From NCBI GenBank assembly GCA_013215465.1, contig JABSOW010000018.1, forward strand, positions 6,174-70,173: 64,000 bases of DNA, read 5' to 3'. The position numbers and the translations under genes are program-made. Below, in pieces: positions 1 through 9,196 of the stretch. Position 1 is the first letter of the stretch. Every line of letters starts with the position of its first letter. The DNA comes from Colwellia sp. Lineage in GTDB: Bacteria; Pseudomonadota; Gammaproteobacteria; Enterobacterales; Alteromonadaceae. The notes below the pieces were generated by a model, which saw only the letters and a list, made by a program, of their open reading frames with translations, was not told the DNA's origin and did no database searches.

Positions 1-156
1 ATACAATAGTTGATGGTAAACAATCAGTATTGAAATCAATAATTAAATAGCTAAGGGTTATTTATTATAAAATCGCTAGGGAGAAAGATTAATCTAGCTT
101 TTTCACTCGATAATGGTAATCTTGTTAGCAGATAATTTATCAACAAAAAAATCGAA

Positions 157-1392
157 ATGAAAAATACTTATATAGCCAGACAAGCTATTTTTAATGAAAA
201 ATCAGAAACCATTGGCTATGAATTATTATTTAGAGATAGCCCTGATAATAAGTTTCCTGATGTTGAGCATGATGTCGCTAGCTCAAAGTTAATTATTCAA
301 AACCATATTCATGGTGACATTCAAAAAATTTGCATGGGAAAATTAGCTTTTATTAATTTTACTGAAAACTGTTTAATTCATAAATTTCCATTAATGTTTG
401 ATAAAGATACTATTGTTATTGAATTGGTAGGACAAGAAAAACCCACTAAAAAATTATTAAAAATAATCAAATTTTATTACGACAAAGGCTATAAAGTAGC
501 CTTGACCGAGTATGATTTAGCACCTCATTGGGATTTGTTATTTCCTTACATTGATATAGTAAAGATTGATATTGAGAAAATAAACACCAAACGTATACCA
601 CCTGCTGTAGCGCGAATGAGACGCTTTAATATTGCTATAGCCGCTGAAAAAGTTGAAACAAAAAATCAAAAACAAACACTTGCAGAAGTTGGATTTAACT
701 ATTTTCAAGGCTATTTTTATCATCAGCCTGAAATAATAAAAGGCCAAGCACTGGCACCAATAAAAGCACAGATGTTACAACTATTAAATGAAACATTTAA
801 TTATCCACTTAATTATGAAACGGTAGCTGAAATAATCAGCCACGATGTAAACTTAACCGTTGGCTTATTAAAGATGGTTAATAATGTAGCAACGGGTGCC
901 ATAGTAGAAATAACCTCATTAAAACAAGCAGCTGCGTATTTAGGTGAAGAAAAGTTAAGACAGTTTGTTTCTATTTTAGCTTTATCTAATCTCACCTCAG
1001 AAACGACAGATGAAGTTTGTAAACAAGCACTTATCACCGGTAAAATGATGTTTGCTTTGAGCGATAAAGGCGACTTCAAATCGGTGAGTGATTTTGCCTT
1101 TATTACCGGGTTACTTAGTGCCATTGAAGTGATGCTTTCAATACCTATGGCTGAAATAGTTAAAACAATGCCATTAGCTCAACCTATTGAAAATGCGTTA
1201 GTTACCCATGATGGCTTACTCGGTCAATTACTTGACCTTACTACTAGTTTTATACTTGGCCACGAAAACTTAAAAACGGATGGCAATTTAAGTGAGAGCT
1301 TACAGCAATATTCCTTAGATAAAAAACAGGTACAAGAAGAATTTTTGAAAGCTAGCGAATGGTGTAAAAGCTTAAATATAGAAAATTTATAA
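157..1392 (+). CDS. EAL-domain plus HDOD-domain c-di-GMP signalling protein
   Basis: 411-aa ORF. The N-terminal half has EAL-family motifs (YELLFR near the N-terminus, QGYFYHQP at the domain end). The C-terminal ~200 aa resembles HDOD modules. Confidence 0.8.
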   Translation: MKNTYIARQAIFNEKSETIGYELLFRDSPDNKFPDVEHDVASSKLIIQNHIHGDIQKICMGKLAFINFTENCLIHKFPLMFDKDTIVIELVGQEKPTKKLLKIIKFYYDKGYKVALTEYDLAPHWDLLFPYIDIVKIDIEKINTKRIPPAVARMRRFNIAIAAEKVETKNQKQTLAEVGFNYFQGYFYHQPEIIKGQALAPIKAQMLQLLNETFNYPLNYETVAEIISHDVNLTVGLLKMVNNVATGAIVEITSLKQAAAYLGEEKLRQFVSILALSNLTSETTDEVCKQALITGKMMFALSDKGDFKSVSDFAFITGLLSAIEVMLSIPMAEIVKTMPLAQPIENALVTHDGLLGQLLDLTTSFILGHENLKTDGNLSESLQQYSLDKKQVQEEFLKASEWCKSLNIENL

Positions 1393-1592
1393 ATAGCATT
1401 AAAGCAAGGTTGATTATTTGATACCCTTATTCAATAGACAAAGAATACAAATCACTAAATGATTAAATAAACATTATTCTGAGTCAATTTCCTCTTCGTG
1501 TAGCGTGACACTAAAAAATAAGCCATCAATAAACTTGATATTTGACCTAGCCGTACCTACCTCATAATAAAGTCAAACAAGTAAAATACATT

Positions 1593-2414
1593 ATGTTGTC
1601 ATATCTGTTACCCGTATTGATCGGCGTTTTAATTATTGGTTATTCTGTCGGTAAGCCGTATTGGCGAGAGTATCAACGAGATAAAATAAGAAATCAGCCT
1701 TTTAAAAAACCATGGCGAAAAATTATCCAGCAAAGAATGCCTTACTTTAGAAAAATGCCGGCAGAATTGCAGTTACAGCTTAAAAAAAATATCCAGGTGT
1801 TCTTGGCAGAAAAAAACTTCATTGGCTGTAACGGGGTTAAAATAACGGATGAAATAAAAATCACCATTGCCGCACAAGCCTGCTTATTATTACTTAATCG
1901 CAAAACTGATTTTTACCCTAAATTACATACCATACTTGTTTATCCCCGTGCTTTTATTAAGGAGCAGCAAAGTGTACATACAGATGGTGTACTCCATACT
2001 AAAAAGTTGGCATTAGCGGGTGAATCATGGGGTTTTGGAAAAGTAGTTTTATCTTGGCAAGACACGTTAGATGGTGCGAAAATTCCAGACGATGGCCGTA
2101 ATGTGGTCATTCATGAATTTGCTCATCAATTAGATCAAGAAAATGGTAAAGCGAATGGCGCTCCTATCTTAGATAAAGAGCAAAATTATAAGAGTTGGTC
2201 AGAAGTGTTTTCTGTGCAATTTGAACAACTGAAAAGGCAAGCGCAAGCAGGTAAACCTTCATTGTTTGATTATTATGGCGCAACAGATCCGGCCGAGTTT
2301 TTTGCTGTTGCCAGTGAAGTATTCTTTGAACAAGCCGAACAGTTTCATCATGAATTTCCAAAGCTTTATCGGCAATTAACACACTACTATCAAGTAGATC
2401 CTCTTCATTGGTAA
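1593..2414 (+). CDS. mtfA: MtfA-family (peptidase M90) zinc-dependent peptidase
   Basis: 273 aa with an N-terminal TM helix and an HEFAH zinc motif. The C-terminal block DPAEFFAV..EVFF...FP.LY..L..YY..DP is colinear with E. coli MtfA. Confidence 0.8.
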   Translation: MLSYLLPVLIGVLIIGYSVGKPYWREYQRDKIRNQPFKKPWRKIIQQRMPYFRKMPAELQLQLKKNIQVFLAEKNFIGCNGVKITDEIKITIAAQACLLLLNRKTDFYPKLHTILVYPRAFIKEQQSVHTDGVLHTKKLALAGESWGFGKVVLSWQDTLDGAKIPDDGRNVVIHEFAHQLDQENGKANGAPILDKEQNYKSWSEVFSVQFEQLKRQAQAGKPSLFDYYGATDPAEFFAVASEVFFEQAEQFHHEFPKLYRQLTHYYQVDPLHW

Positions 2415-2436
2415 AATAAGTAATGGTGAATCAAGC

Positions 2437-3261
2437 GTGAAAAAATCTATTTTAATAACAGGTTGCTCTAGTGGTATAGGTTTAGATGCCGCATTAACTT
2501 TATCCACTAGAGGTTACCGCGTTTTTGCAACCGCTCGTAATGAAGCTGATGTAAAATCGCTGCAGAGTAAAGGCTTAAGCGCATACCATCTCGACTTAAC
2601 AAACGCTGACAGTATCCAAAATGCCGTTAGCCTTATTCTTAAAGAAACGGGTGGTACTTTAGATTATTTATTTAATAATGGTGCCTATGGACAGCCAGGC
2701 GCTTTAGAAGATTTACCTACTCAAGCCCTTAAAGTGCAATTTGAAACAAATGTATTTGGTTGGCACGAACTTACCAAACAAATTATTCCTGTTATGCGCA
2801 ACCAAGGGCATGGCCGAATTATTCAATGTAGCTCGGTACTCGGTTTTGTTTCTATGGCTTATCGAGGCGCTTATAATGCTTCAAAATATGCGCTTGAAGG
2901 GTTAACAGACACCTTAAGGTTAGAATTAAAATCAGCAAATATAGCGGTAATATTATTACAGCCTGGTCCTATTAATACCCAGTTTCGAGCGAATGCTTTG
3001 ATCGCTTTTAAAAATAACATTGATGATAAAAATAGTGTTCATAAAGTTCAGTATCAGCAGCAAGTTGCTAGGCTTTCCAGTAAAAAGTCGAATGCAAAAT
3101 TTGCTTTAGAGTCAGCAGATGTAACGAAAGCATTGATTCACGCGTTAGAAAGCAACAGACCAAAAATAAAATACCGAATTACTACGCCAACTAAACTATT
3201 TGCGGTGTTTAAACGTATATTACCAACTCGTTGGTTAGATACTCTTTTATCAAAAGGTTAG
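2437..3261 (+). CDS. Short-chain dehydrogenase/reductase (SDR) family oxidoreductase
   Basis: GTG start. Carries TGCSSGIG (TGxxxGIG cofactor motif), NNGA and the YNASK (YxxxK) catalytic motif. Confidence 0.85.
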   Translation: MKKSILITGCSSGIGLDAALTLSTRGYRVFATARNEADVKSLQSKGLSAYHLDLTNADSIQNAVSLILKETGGTLDYLFNNGAYGQPGALEDLPTQALKVQFETNVFGWHELTKQIIPVMRNQGHGRIIQCSSVLGFVSMAYRGAYNASKYALEGLTDTLRLELKSANIAVILLQPGPINTQFRANALIAFKNNIDDKNSVHKVQYQQQVARLSSKKSNAKFALESADVTKALIHALESNRPKIKYRITTPTKLFAVFKRILPTRWLDTLLSKG

Positions 3262-3343
3262 CAGCATAGCTTCGGCTGATTTGACCCTGCTTAATAAGTA
3301 TTAGACAGGGCTAACTAAATTATCGGTTTTTTATTGAGAGCTC

Positions 3344-3592
3344 TTATCGATAAAATGCTTCAACAGTGCCTTTTATCGTCATCAAAAGCGGTTGTCCGCG
3401 ACGGTCTAGTGCTTTTTTAGACGGAACTTTTACCCAACCTTCACTGATGCAATATTCCTCAACATCGGATCGCTCTTTGCCGTTAAGCATAATACCAATA
3501 TCGTGCTCAAAAACTTCTGCTACATGATGTGGGCTACGGGAGTTACCCGAAAGGCGATCTGGTAAAGCGGGTAGCGATTTAGTGTCGTTCAT
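3344..3592 (-). CDS. Small conserved protein, DUF3297-like
   Basis: 82 aa. The pattern PDRLS..SRSPHH...NGKER.DVEEYC.SEGWV matches my recollection of DUF3297. Not verified by search. Confidence 0.5.
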   Translation of the reverse strand: MNDTKSLPALPDRLSGNSRSPHHVAEVFEHDIGIMLNGKERSDVEEYCISEGWVKVPSKKALDRRGQPLLMTIKGTVEAFYR

Positions 3593-3898
3593 GTTTATGA
3601 TCTGTAATAAATAGAAAGTGCGCTATTGTAGGCAATATAGGGCTATCCCTCAAGGGGCGCGGTAATAAATGTGCATCCTTGTGTCAACATAGTAATAAGT
3701 ATCTAGTCATCAATTTACCAACTTTTAAAACGATTGAAGGTGGGTAAATTCTGAGGAAGGCAATTACATACGATTATTAATAACTTTTCCGGTGATTTGT
3801 TATTTAATATATAAAGGAAACAAGTGCATTGTTAGCCGTGTTTTTTGTATAATCAAAGGTATAATCCGTATATTCAATTATTCTGAAAAAATTAAATT

Positions 3899-4261
3899 AT
3901 GAACGATAATAACAGCGCACTTAAAACTTTTTTAGCTGAGGCTAAACCAACCCAAATGTTATGGGCATTACAAGACAAGGTAAGTGAAGATTGGGTGGTT
4001 CTCGATTCTATTGCTTATGAAAACACTGAAGTAATGCCACTTTGGTCAAGTACTGAATTAGCGCAACAACATTGTATTGATGAATGGGCTAATTATACCC
4101 CCTGTGAAATCTCACTATCAGACTGGTTTGAGTTTTGGATTGAAGACTTGAACCAAGATGGCGTTATTGTTGGTGTCAATTGGCAAGATGATGATGAATG
4201 TTTGGAAATGGAGCTTGCTGATTTCACCCAGGCATTAACTACCATTGAGTCATTTAAGTAA
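3899..4261 (+). CDS. Hypothetical acidic protein, DUF2750-like
   Basis: 120-aa ORF with a good start context. The family assignment is from memory only. Its last 50 nt are part of the tandem duplication. Confidence 0.45.
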   Translation: MNDNNSALKTFLAEAKPTQMLWALQDKVSEDWVVLDSIAYENTEVMPLWSSTELAQQHCIDEWANYTPCEISLSDWFEFWIEDLNQDGVIVGVNWQDDDECLEMELADFTQALTTIESFK

Positions 4262-4281
4262 CATCTATCCCGTTATTTTAC

Positions 4282-4315
4282 TGGCAGCCGTTAGTTTGGC
4301 TGTCATTTTGTTTTA
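4282..4315 (+). terminator. Rho-independent terminator after the DUF2750-like gene (duplicated at 4595-4628)
   Basis: The stem TGGCAGCC/GGCTGTCA (one G.U pair) is followed by TTTTGTTTT. Confidence 0.6.
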
Positions 4316-4428
4316 TATCCACTTTCCCATGTGCAGTTAGTGCAGGGCGGTTAGCCCCAACCACTCGTCAGTTTTTCACTTGTTCATACCAATCATCATA
4401 TGCTGTAGATCTAAATCACCACATATAA

Positions 4429-4491
4429 AGTACAGTTGTACTATTTACAAAAAGGCACAGTTGTACTATTCTATAAAAGTACAGTTGCACT
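4429..4491. promoter_or_regulatory. Three operator-like palindromes AGTACA-GT-TGTACT (4429-4442, 4454-4467, 4478-4491)
   Basis: Three 14-bp near-identical inverted repeats spaced 24-25 bp apart, directly upstream of the hydrolase-TetR operon. Likely TetR operators. Confidence 0.5.
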
Positions 4492-4741
4492 ATTTTATAG
4501 AATGGATGATTAATAATGAAATTTAGCTTGCTGATTTCACCCAGGCATTAACTACCATTGAGTCATTTAAGTAACATCTATCCCGTTATTTTACTGGCAG
4601 CCGTTAGTTTGGCTGTCATTTTGTTTTATATCCACTTTCCCATGTGCAGTTAGTGCAGGGCGGTTAGCCCCAACCACTCGTCAGTTTTTCACTTGTTCAT
4701 ACCAATCATCATATGCTGTAGATCTAAATCACCACATATAA

Positions 4742-4804
4742 AGTACAGTTGTACTATTTACAAAAAGGCACAGTTGTACTATTCTATAAAAGTACAGTTG
4801 CACT
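4742..4804. promoter_or_regulatory. Second set of the same three palindromes (4742-4755, 4767-4780, 4791-4804)
   Basis: This is the copy within the second duplication unit, proximal to the real hydrolase start at 4829. Confidence 0.5.
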
Positions 4805-4828
4805 ATTTTATAGAATGGATGATTAATA

Positions 4829-5692
4829 ATGAAATTTAGCTATTTTAATAACGGTAAACAAGGTTTTGGCTTAAAATCAATTGGCCGTGGCTTCACCGGC
4901 GCTATGAGTATACTAGCACCACGATTCAGCGCCTTTTTAGGCAAAAAAATTCTAATGAAACCATATGCAAAACGGCATTATGAGTTTACTTTGATCGCAC
5001 CAGAACAAGAGATAAACCTGCAAACATCAATAGGTATAGCTCACGTTAATCTATTTGGCACTGGCACTAACGTTATTATAGTTAGCCATGGTTGGGGTGA
5101 TTCTAGCCACGCCTTCCAACAGATAATTTTATCATTAACCCAACAAGGTTATAGGGTAGCCGCTATCGATCATATTGGCCATGGGAAATCCTCGGGCACT
5201 AACTCGCATTTACTGAGTTTTGTTGAAACACTAGAAATACTTATTGAGCATTTTAATGAAGAAAAAATTTCGGTTACTGGCATAATTGCCCACTCAATGG
5301 GCGCTATTGCCACGTTAAACTTGCCTTTGTACAGACTTGAAAATAAAAAAATAATTTTGATCTCATCACCGATTAACTTTTTTGAGTTGATGTTTGAGAA
5401 AGTAGAGCAGGTGGGTATTTCCAGAAGATTACTCACTACCGTATTAGCAAGTATCAGTCATAAATATGGTAAAACTTGGCATCAGTTAACTACCGAGAGT
5501 AACCGTGAAAAATTAGCGTTAGATATTACCTTTATTCATGACAGTCAAGACAGATATGCGCCTATTGCCGACCTAATTAGTTTCTTGAAACAGGAAAAAA
5601 CACCCTTAATAACTACTGAAGGGCTTGGTCACAGGAAAATTTTAGGAGATACTAAGGTTATAGATAACATTACACAGGTTTTATCTTTTTGA
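4829..5692 (+). CDS. Alpha/beta-fold hydrolase
   Basis: 287 aa with an HGWGDS oxyanion region, an AHSMGA nucleophile elbow and a C-terminal GLGH. Overlaps the TetR start by 4 nt (ATGA). Confidence 0.8.
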   Translation: MKFSYFNNGKQGFGLKSIGRGFTGAMSILAPRFSAFLGKKILMKPYAKRHYEFTLIAPEQEINLQTSIGIAHVNLFGTGTNVIIVSHGWGDSSHAFQQIILSLTQQGYRVAAIDHIGHGKSSGTNSHLLSFVETLEILIEHFNEEKISVTGIIAHSMGAIATLNLPLYRLENKKIILISSPINFFELMFEKVEQVGISRRLLTTVLASISHKYGKTWHQLTTESNREKLALDITFIHDSQDRYAPIADLISFLKQEKTPLITTEGLGHRKILGDTKVIDNITQVLSF

Positions 5693-6294
5693 TGAACAAA
5701 GGCGAACGCACCAGAACCGAAATACTAAAGCAGAGTATTATATACAGTAGCCAATATGGCCTTGCTGATATTACCATTGGCACAATTTCTAAATTATGTA
5801 AGCTATCAAGAACCGGCGTAATTTCGCACTTTGAAAATAAAGAAGATATGCAAATAGCCATCTTACAATTTGGCGAAGATCTATTTCAACAGCGAGTGAT
5901 AAAGCCTGCCTGGTGCGAAGATCCATTAGAGCACCTAATAACATTATTAGAAAATTGGGCTGACTGGACCACCGATATGTTTAATGAACACCACGTCAGC
6001 TGTCCATTTATAAAAGCGGTAGTAGAGTTTCAAAACCGGCCTGAATCAAAAGTACGTACCTTTACCATTGATCAACAAAACAGGCTGATCAACTATATCT
6101 CCCATAGAGTTGAACGTTGTATCGAAAAAAACAGGTTAAAACCATCGGTTGCCAGTAATGTAATCGCTTATGAGCTATATAGTTTATATTTAGGACACGC
6201 TATTACGCAGCATACCACCGTAATAAAAAGTGCGGATGGAATGTTTAAAAATAGCGTTGCTAGATTATTAAAACAATATCAGCCGGCTCATTAA
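5689..6294 (+). CDS. TetR/AcrR family transcriptional regulator
   Basis: 201 aa with an N-terminal HTH (ITIGTISKLCKLSRTGVISHFENKEDM). Translationally coupled to the hydrolase. Confidence 0.85.
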   Translation: MMNKGERTRTEILKQSIIYSSQYGLADITIGTISKLCKLSRTGVISHFENKEDMQIAILQFGEDLFQQRVIKPAWCEDPLEHLITLLENWADWTTDMFNEHHVSCPFIKAVVEFQNRPESKVRTFTIDQQNRLINYISHRVERCIEKNRLKPSVASNVIAYELYSLYLGHAITQHTTVIKSADGMFKNSVARLLKQYQPAH

Positions 6295-6304
6295 AATCAG
6301 ATAG

Positions 6305-7558
6305 TTAATCAACCTTTCTTCTTTTGCCACTTTCTGCACGTTTTTTGTTCTCACTTTGAACATAAACAGTGTCGGTGGTTGCCATGCTTGCATGACCAAG
6401 ATCTTCTGAAATATCCTTAAGAGGGCGGCCACGTTCAATTTCCATACTTGCACCGGTATGCCTTAACCAATGGGCAGACGCCTCTTTTAATTTCAATGCT
6501 CTATTTTCACCTTCCGATCGGCGCATATTTTCATGGGCTTGATCGAAAACACTTTGCACTAAACGACGTAAATGCCTGGATGTCATACCACCTTGACCGC
6601 GTATTTTTTCAACCAGAATTGAATTTTCATTGCTTGATGGCAAACCTAACAAACCACGAGATTCACGATAACGCTCTAAGAAATGTAAAAAATCAACGGG
6701 CACGGTAATATCACGTATTTTTCGACTTTTACCAAATATTTTAAGCCACCAGTTTTCATCATCGTCTTGCCAAAAGTGTCCCATGGTTGGTGACCAATTA
6801 GGCCGTTCAGATAACTCTGAAATCCTTAAAAAGAGGGTTTTCAATGACGCAATTACGAATAAGTTGCGTTCAAAGATTGGATCTTCATCAGCCATTTCAA
6901 CAGCAGTATCTAAAACATATTGCCATTGGCTAGCGGTTAACCGTTTGATTTCTTTAACTTGTGAGTCAATTATAAAATGTCGGCAATCTTTTTTAGCTAT
7001 TTGTGCAGGGTTACCAATACAAAAATCCTCAGCCATTAAATAGTTATAAAAAACGATAAGTGCGGTAAACATGGATGAAAGTGTTTGTTGTGATGGCCGA
7101 TATTTTTTCTTATCAAGCACATATTGTGATTTTTGACTTTTAGGGGCTTGAATCTTAAATGGGAACCAAAGTTCATTAGCCGCTGAATAACCATTGGTTA
7201 TTTTGAAGCGTTCTTGATTTGACGTGCCAATCCAAGTAACTGGTGGCTGCCAACAAAAGTCAGCATATTCAAGTAAGTCAGATTTACGTAATTGGTCAAT
7301 TGGTATTTTTTTTTCAATAAAGGACCATAATAGAAAACGTTCAACGTCATTTCTAAATCTGTCATAAGTATGGGTAGATTTATTTCTACCTATATAAGTA
7401 AGGAATATTTTTCCCCAGTTAAATTGCTCAAGCCACCAAGGTTCATTTGCGGAAAATATTTTATCTAGCTGAGGATAATCTTCAAGATCGAAATCACATA
7501 AATCAATGTATGGTGGATATAAAGGAACAGGTTTAGATAAGGTCTGAGTTAATGACAT
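6305..7558 (-). CDS. Tyrosine-type site-specific recombinase/integrase
   Basis: 417 aa with C-terminal catalytic boxes HWLRHTGAS and LGHASMATTDTVY. Confidence 0.85.
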   Translation of the reverse strand: MSLTQTLSKPVPLYPPYIDLCDFDLEDYPQLDKIFSANEPWWLEQFNWGKIFLTYIGRNKSTHTYDRFRNDVERFLLWSFIEKKIPIDQLRKSDLLEYADFCWQPPVTWIGTSNQERFKITNGYSAANELWFPFKIQAPKSQKSQYVLDKKKYRPSQQTLSSMFTALIVFYNYLMAEDFCIGNPAQIAKKDCRHFIIDSQVKEIKRLTASQWQYVLDTAVEMADEDPIFERNLFVIASLKTLFLRISELSERPNWSPTMGHFWQDDDENWWLKIFGKSRKIRDITVPVDFLHFLERYRESRGLLGLPSSNENSILVEKIRGQGGMTSRHLRRLVQSVFDQAHENMRRSEGENRALKLKEASAHWLRHTGASMEIERGRPLKDISEDLGHASMATTDTVYVQSENKKRAESGKRRKVD

Positions 7559-7625
7559 TTATTGAATTCCAAAATTTTAATTCTAATGAGGTAAAACGTA
7601 GGTTAAAGGCAGTTTAATACACTAC

Positions 7626-7667
7626 ACCCACTATGTCCAATACTGAAGAGTATCGGACATAGTGGGT
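7626..7667. repeat. 19-bp-arm inverted repeat (hairpin) upstream of the integrase gene
   Basis: ACCCACTATGTCCAATACT-gaag-AGTATCGGACATAGTGGGT, with one mismatch, followed by CTGTTTT on the plus strand. Confidence 0.8.
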
Positions 7668-7989
7668 CTGTTTTAATGTAGGGCGGTTGTCCCTGTCGTT
7701 TGTTAATCCAAGCTTACCACTGGATCGATCCAGTCAACGCTTGCAAACGTCTTCATATATATTTAACGGCCTGCGTTAACGTTTACTATTTTGACTAATA
7801 TTGGTTTACAAATATAACGCTGGACCAAGTTTGGATTAGTGCTCTGTATTTATAGTGATAATCGTAAGTATTTAAAATCGTGCACTACGTGCATAAAATT
7901 TATTTTTGTGTGGCTAACCTAGTTATTTTTCATGTAGCCCAAGTTTTATTCTTCAATTCAACCCCAATTGAATTCGCTTTTTAATCTTT

Positions 7990-8901
7990 CTATGGTGTGG
8001 TTGGTTTGCACACTGAATTTTGATTGCCAAACAAACCAGTTTCACCAAAAGCACTTTTTATAGATTTGGTGTCGACCCATTTTACTGGTACTAAGTATTC
8101 TGCATTGTCATCATCTAACCCTGAAAAAGCTGAATAATGTCCTTCAGTGGTTAATTCATTAAGTGTTTTATTTTCAAATTCACTAAATTGAAAATTCTCA
8201 GCTCTACATATATCTCCAATAATTTCTGCAACTCCAACATAGCCAGTGCCTGGTATGTTGACCCAAACACGATCTCCGACTTCTACCATATTTAAAGTAT
8301 TAGAATACCAACGTCCATGACCAGCACTTATATACCCGTACTTTCTTGCATCAGCCCAATGACGATGTTCTCCATGACCAAAGGAAACATAAAATTCACC
8401 ATTCCAGGGTTCTTTTGCTGACTTTGAAATGACCTTTTCCTGTGTTTCTTCTGGCAGAATCATCCATGCACGACTTAGATATTTTCTTCCTTCATCCTCA
8501 AAAACACTAAAAAACACGGCATTAACAGGAATTTTTGCCTTGTCATTTAAGTAATTAATAATGCGCTCAGAACTAGAATCTAGCTCAGCTGCAACGATAA
8601 CCATTTGATGTGAACCGTCATAATTTACTTCACTAAAAGAAGTACCAAATTTTGATTTAAACGCCCTATCCAAACTTTGTTCGTTTAATGAACGCTTTTG
8701 GCTGTAGTCAAAATATATATCAACCAGTTTACTATCATCGATATCAACCACCCATGATGCATAATCAATTACTTGAGCAACAACTTCACGCGGAGTTTTA
8801 TGTCTTTTAAGCTCAATAATAATGACACTGCCACTAGCATCTATTGCTAATAAATCTATATATTTATCAAATGCTGTTCTTACTTGCTGACCAATGATCA
8901 T
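7990..8901 (-). CDS. PD-(D/E)xK (NucS/DUF91-like) nuclease-domain protein, probably disrupted
   Basis: Has the core IDLLAIDASGSVIIIELKR. The codon just upstream of the ATG (8902-8904) is an in-frame TAG. It is preceded by 37 more in-frame sense codons (GIWKIGSTPKKLSSIVIESENLLEEQIVADISILNAG) that look like the family's N-terminal region. Confidence 0.6.
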   Translation of the reverse strand: MIIGQQVRTAFDKYIDLLAIDASGSVIIIELKRHKTPREVVAQVIDYASWVVDIDDSKLVDIYFDYSQKRSLNEQSLDRAFKSKFGTSFSEVNYDGSHQMVIVAAELDSSSERIINYLNDKAKIPVNAVFFSVFEDEGRKYLSRAWMILPEETQEKVISKSAKEPWNGEFYVSFGHGEHRHWADARKYGYISAGHGRWYSNTLNMVEVGDRVWVNIPGTGYVGVAEIIGDICRAENFQFSEFENKTLNELTTEGHYSAFSGLDDDNAEYLVPVKWVDTKSIKSAFGETGLFGNQNSVCKPTTP

Positions 8902-9048
8902 CTATCCTGCATTGAGGATCGAAATATCTGCAACTATCTGCTCTTCTAATAAATTTTCGCTCTCAATTACTATTGACGATAACTTCTTAGGAGTGCTTCC
9001 AATTTTCCAAATGCCCTATCGAGCAAAGTTTTATAATCATACCTGAAA

Positions 9049-9093
9049 CTGGGGGACGTGAGGTCGCAAGTTCGAATCTTGCTACTCCGACCA
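9049..9093 (+). other. tRNA (or tmRNA) 3'-end-like fragment: T-arm plus acceptor 3' strand plus CCA
   Basis: GCAAG-TTCGAAT-CTTGC is a canonical T-stem/loop, followed by 7 nt, A and CCA. No matching 5' acceptor strand, D-arm or anticodon arm lies upstream, so this is not an intact gene. Confidence 0.45.
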
Positions 9094-9106
9094 TATTAAG
9101 TACAAT

Positions 9107-9157
9107 AAAAAAGCCACTTAGCAATAGTTCAATGAACTGTTCAAGTGGCTTTTTTGT
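9107..9157. terminator. Hairpin terminator between the tRNA-like fragment and tus
   Basis: AAGCCACTT...AAGTGGCTT with an inner AGTTCA/TGAACT stem. Flanked by A-run and T-run, so it can act in both directions. Confidence 0.6.
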
Positions 9158-9196
9158 GTCTTTTTAATGAATACAGCAGTAAACTGAGGAATGTAA

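Larger units (their letters stand above)
4212..4837. repeat. Perfect tandem duplication, 2 x 313 bp (4212-4524 and 4525-4837)
   Basis: Base-by-base reading shows both units identical, with AGCT microhomology at the junction. Each unit holds the 3' end of the 3899-4261 ORF, a terminator hairpin, three palindromic sites, and the ATG plus 3 codons of the hydrolase gene. Confidence 0.95.

Noticed and set aside
8990-9093. Possible intact tRNA gene using GGAGTG at 8990 as the 5' acceptor strand.
   Set aside because: It would be 104 nt long and would need a G.U pair plus a C-C mismatch in the acceptor stem. It has no D-arm or anticodon arm consensus. Only the 3' 45 nt are tRNA-like.
6305-9160. Prophage.
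   Set aside because: Only an integrase and a nuclease relic are present. No capsid, tail, terminase or lysis genes lie anywhere nearby.
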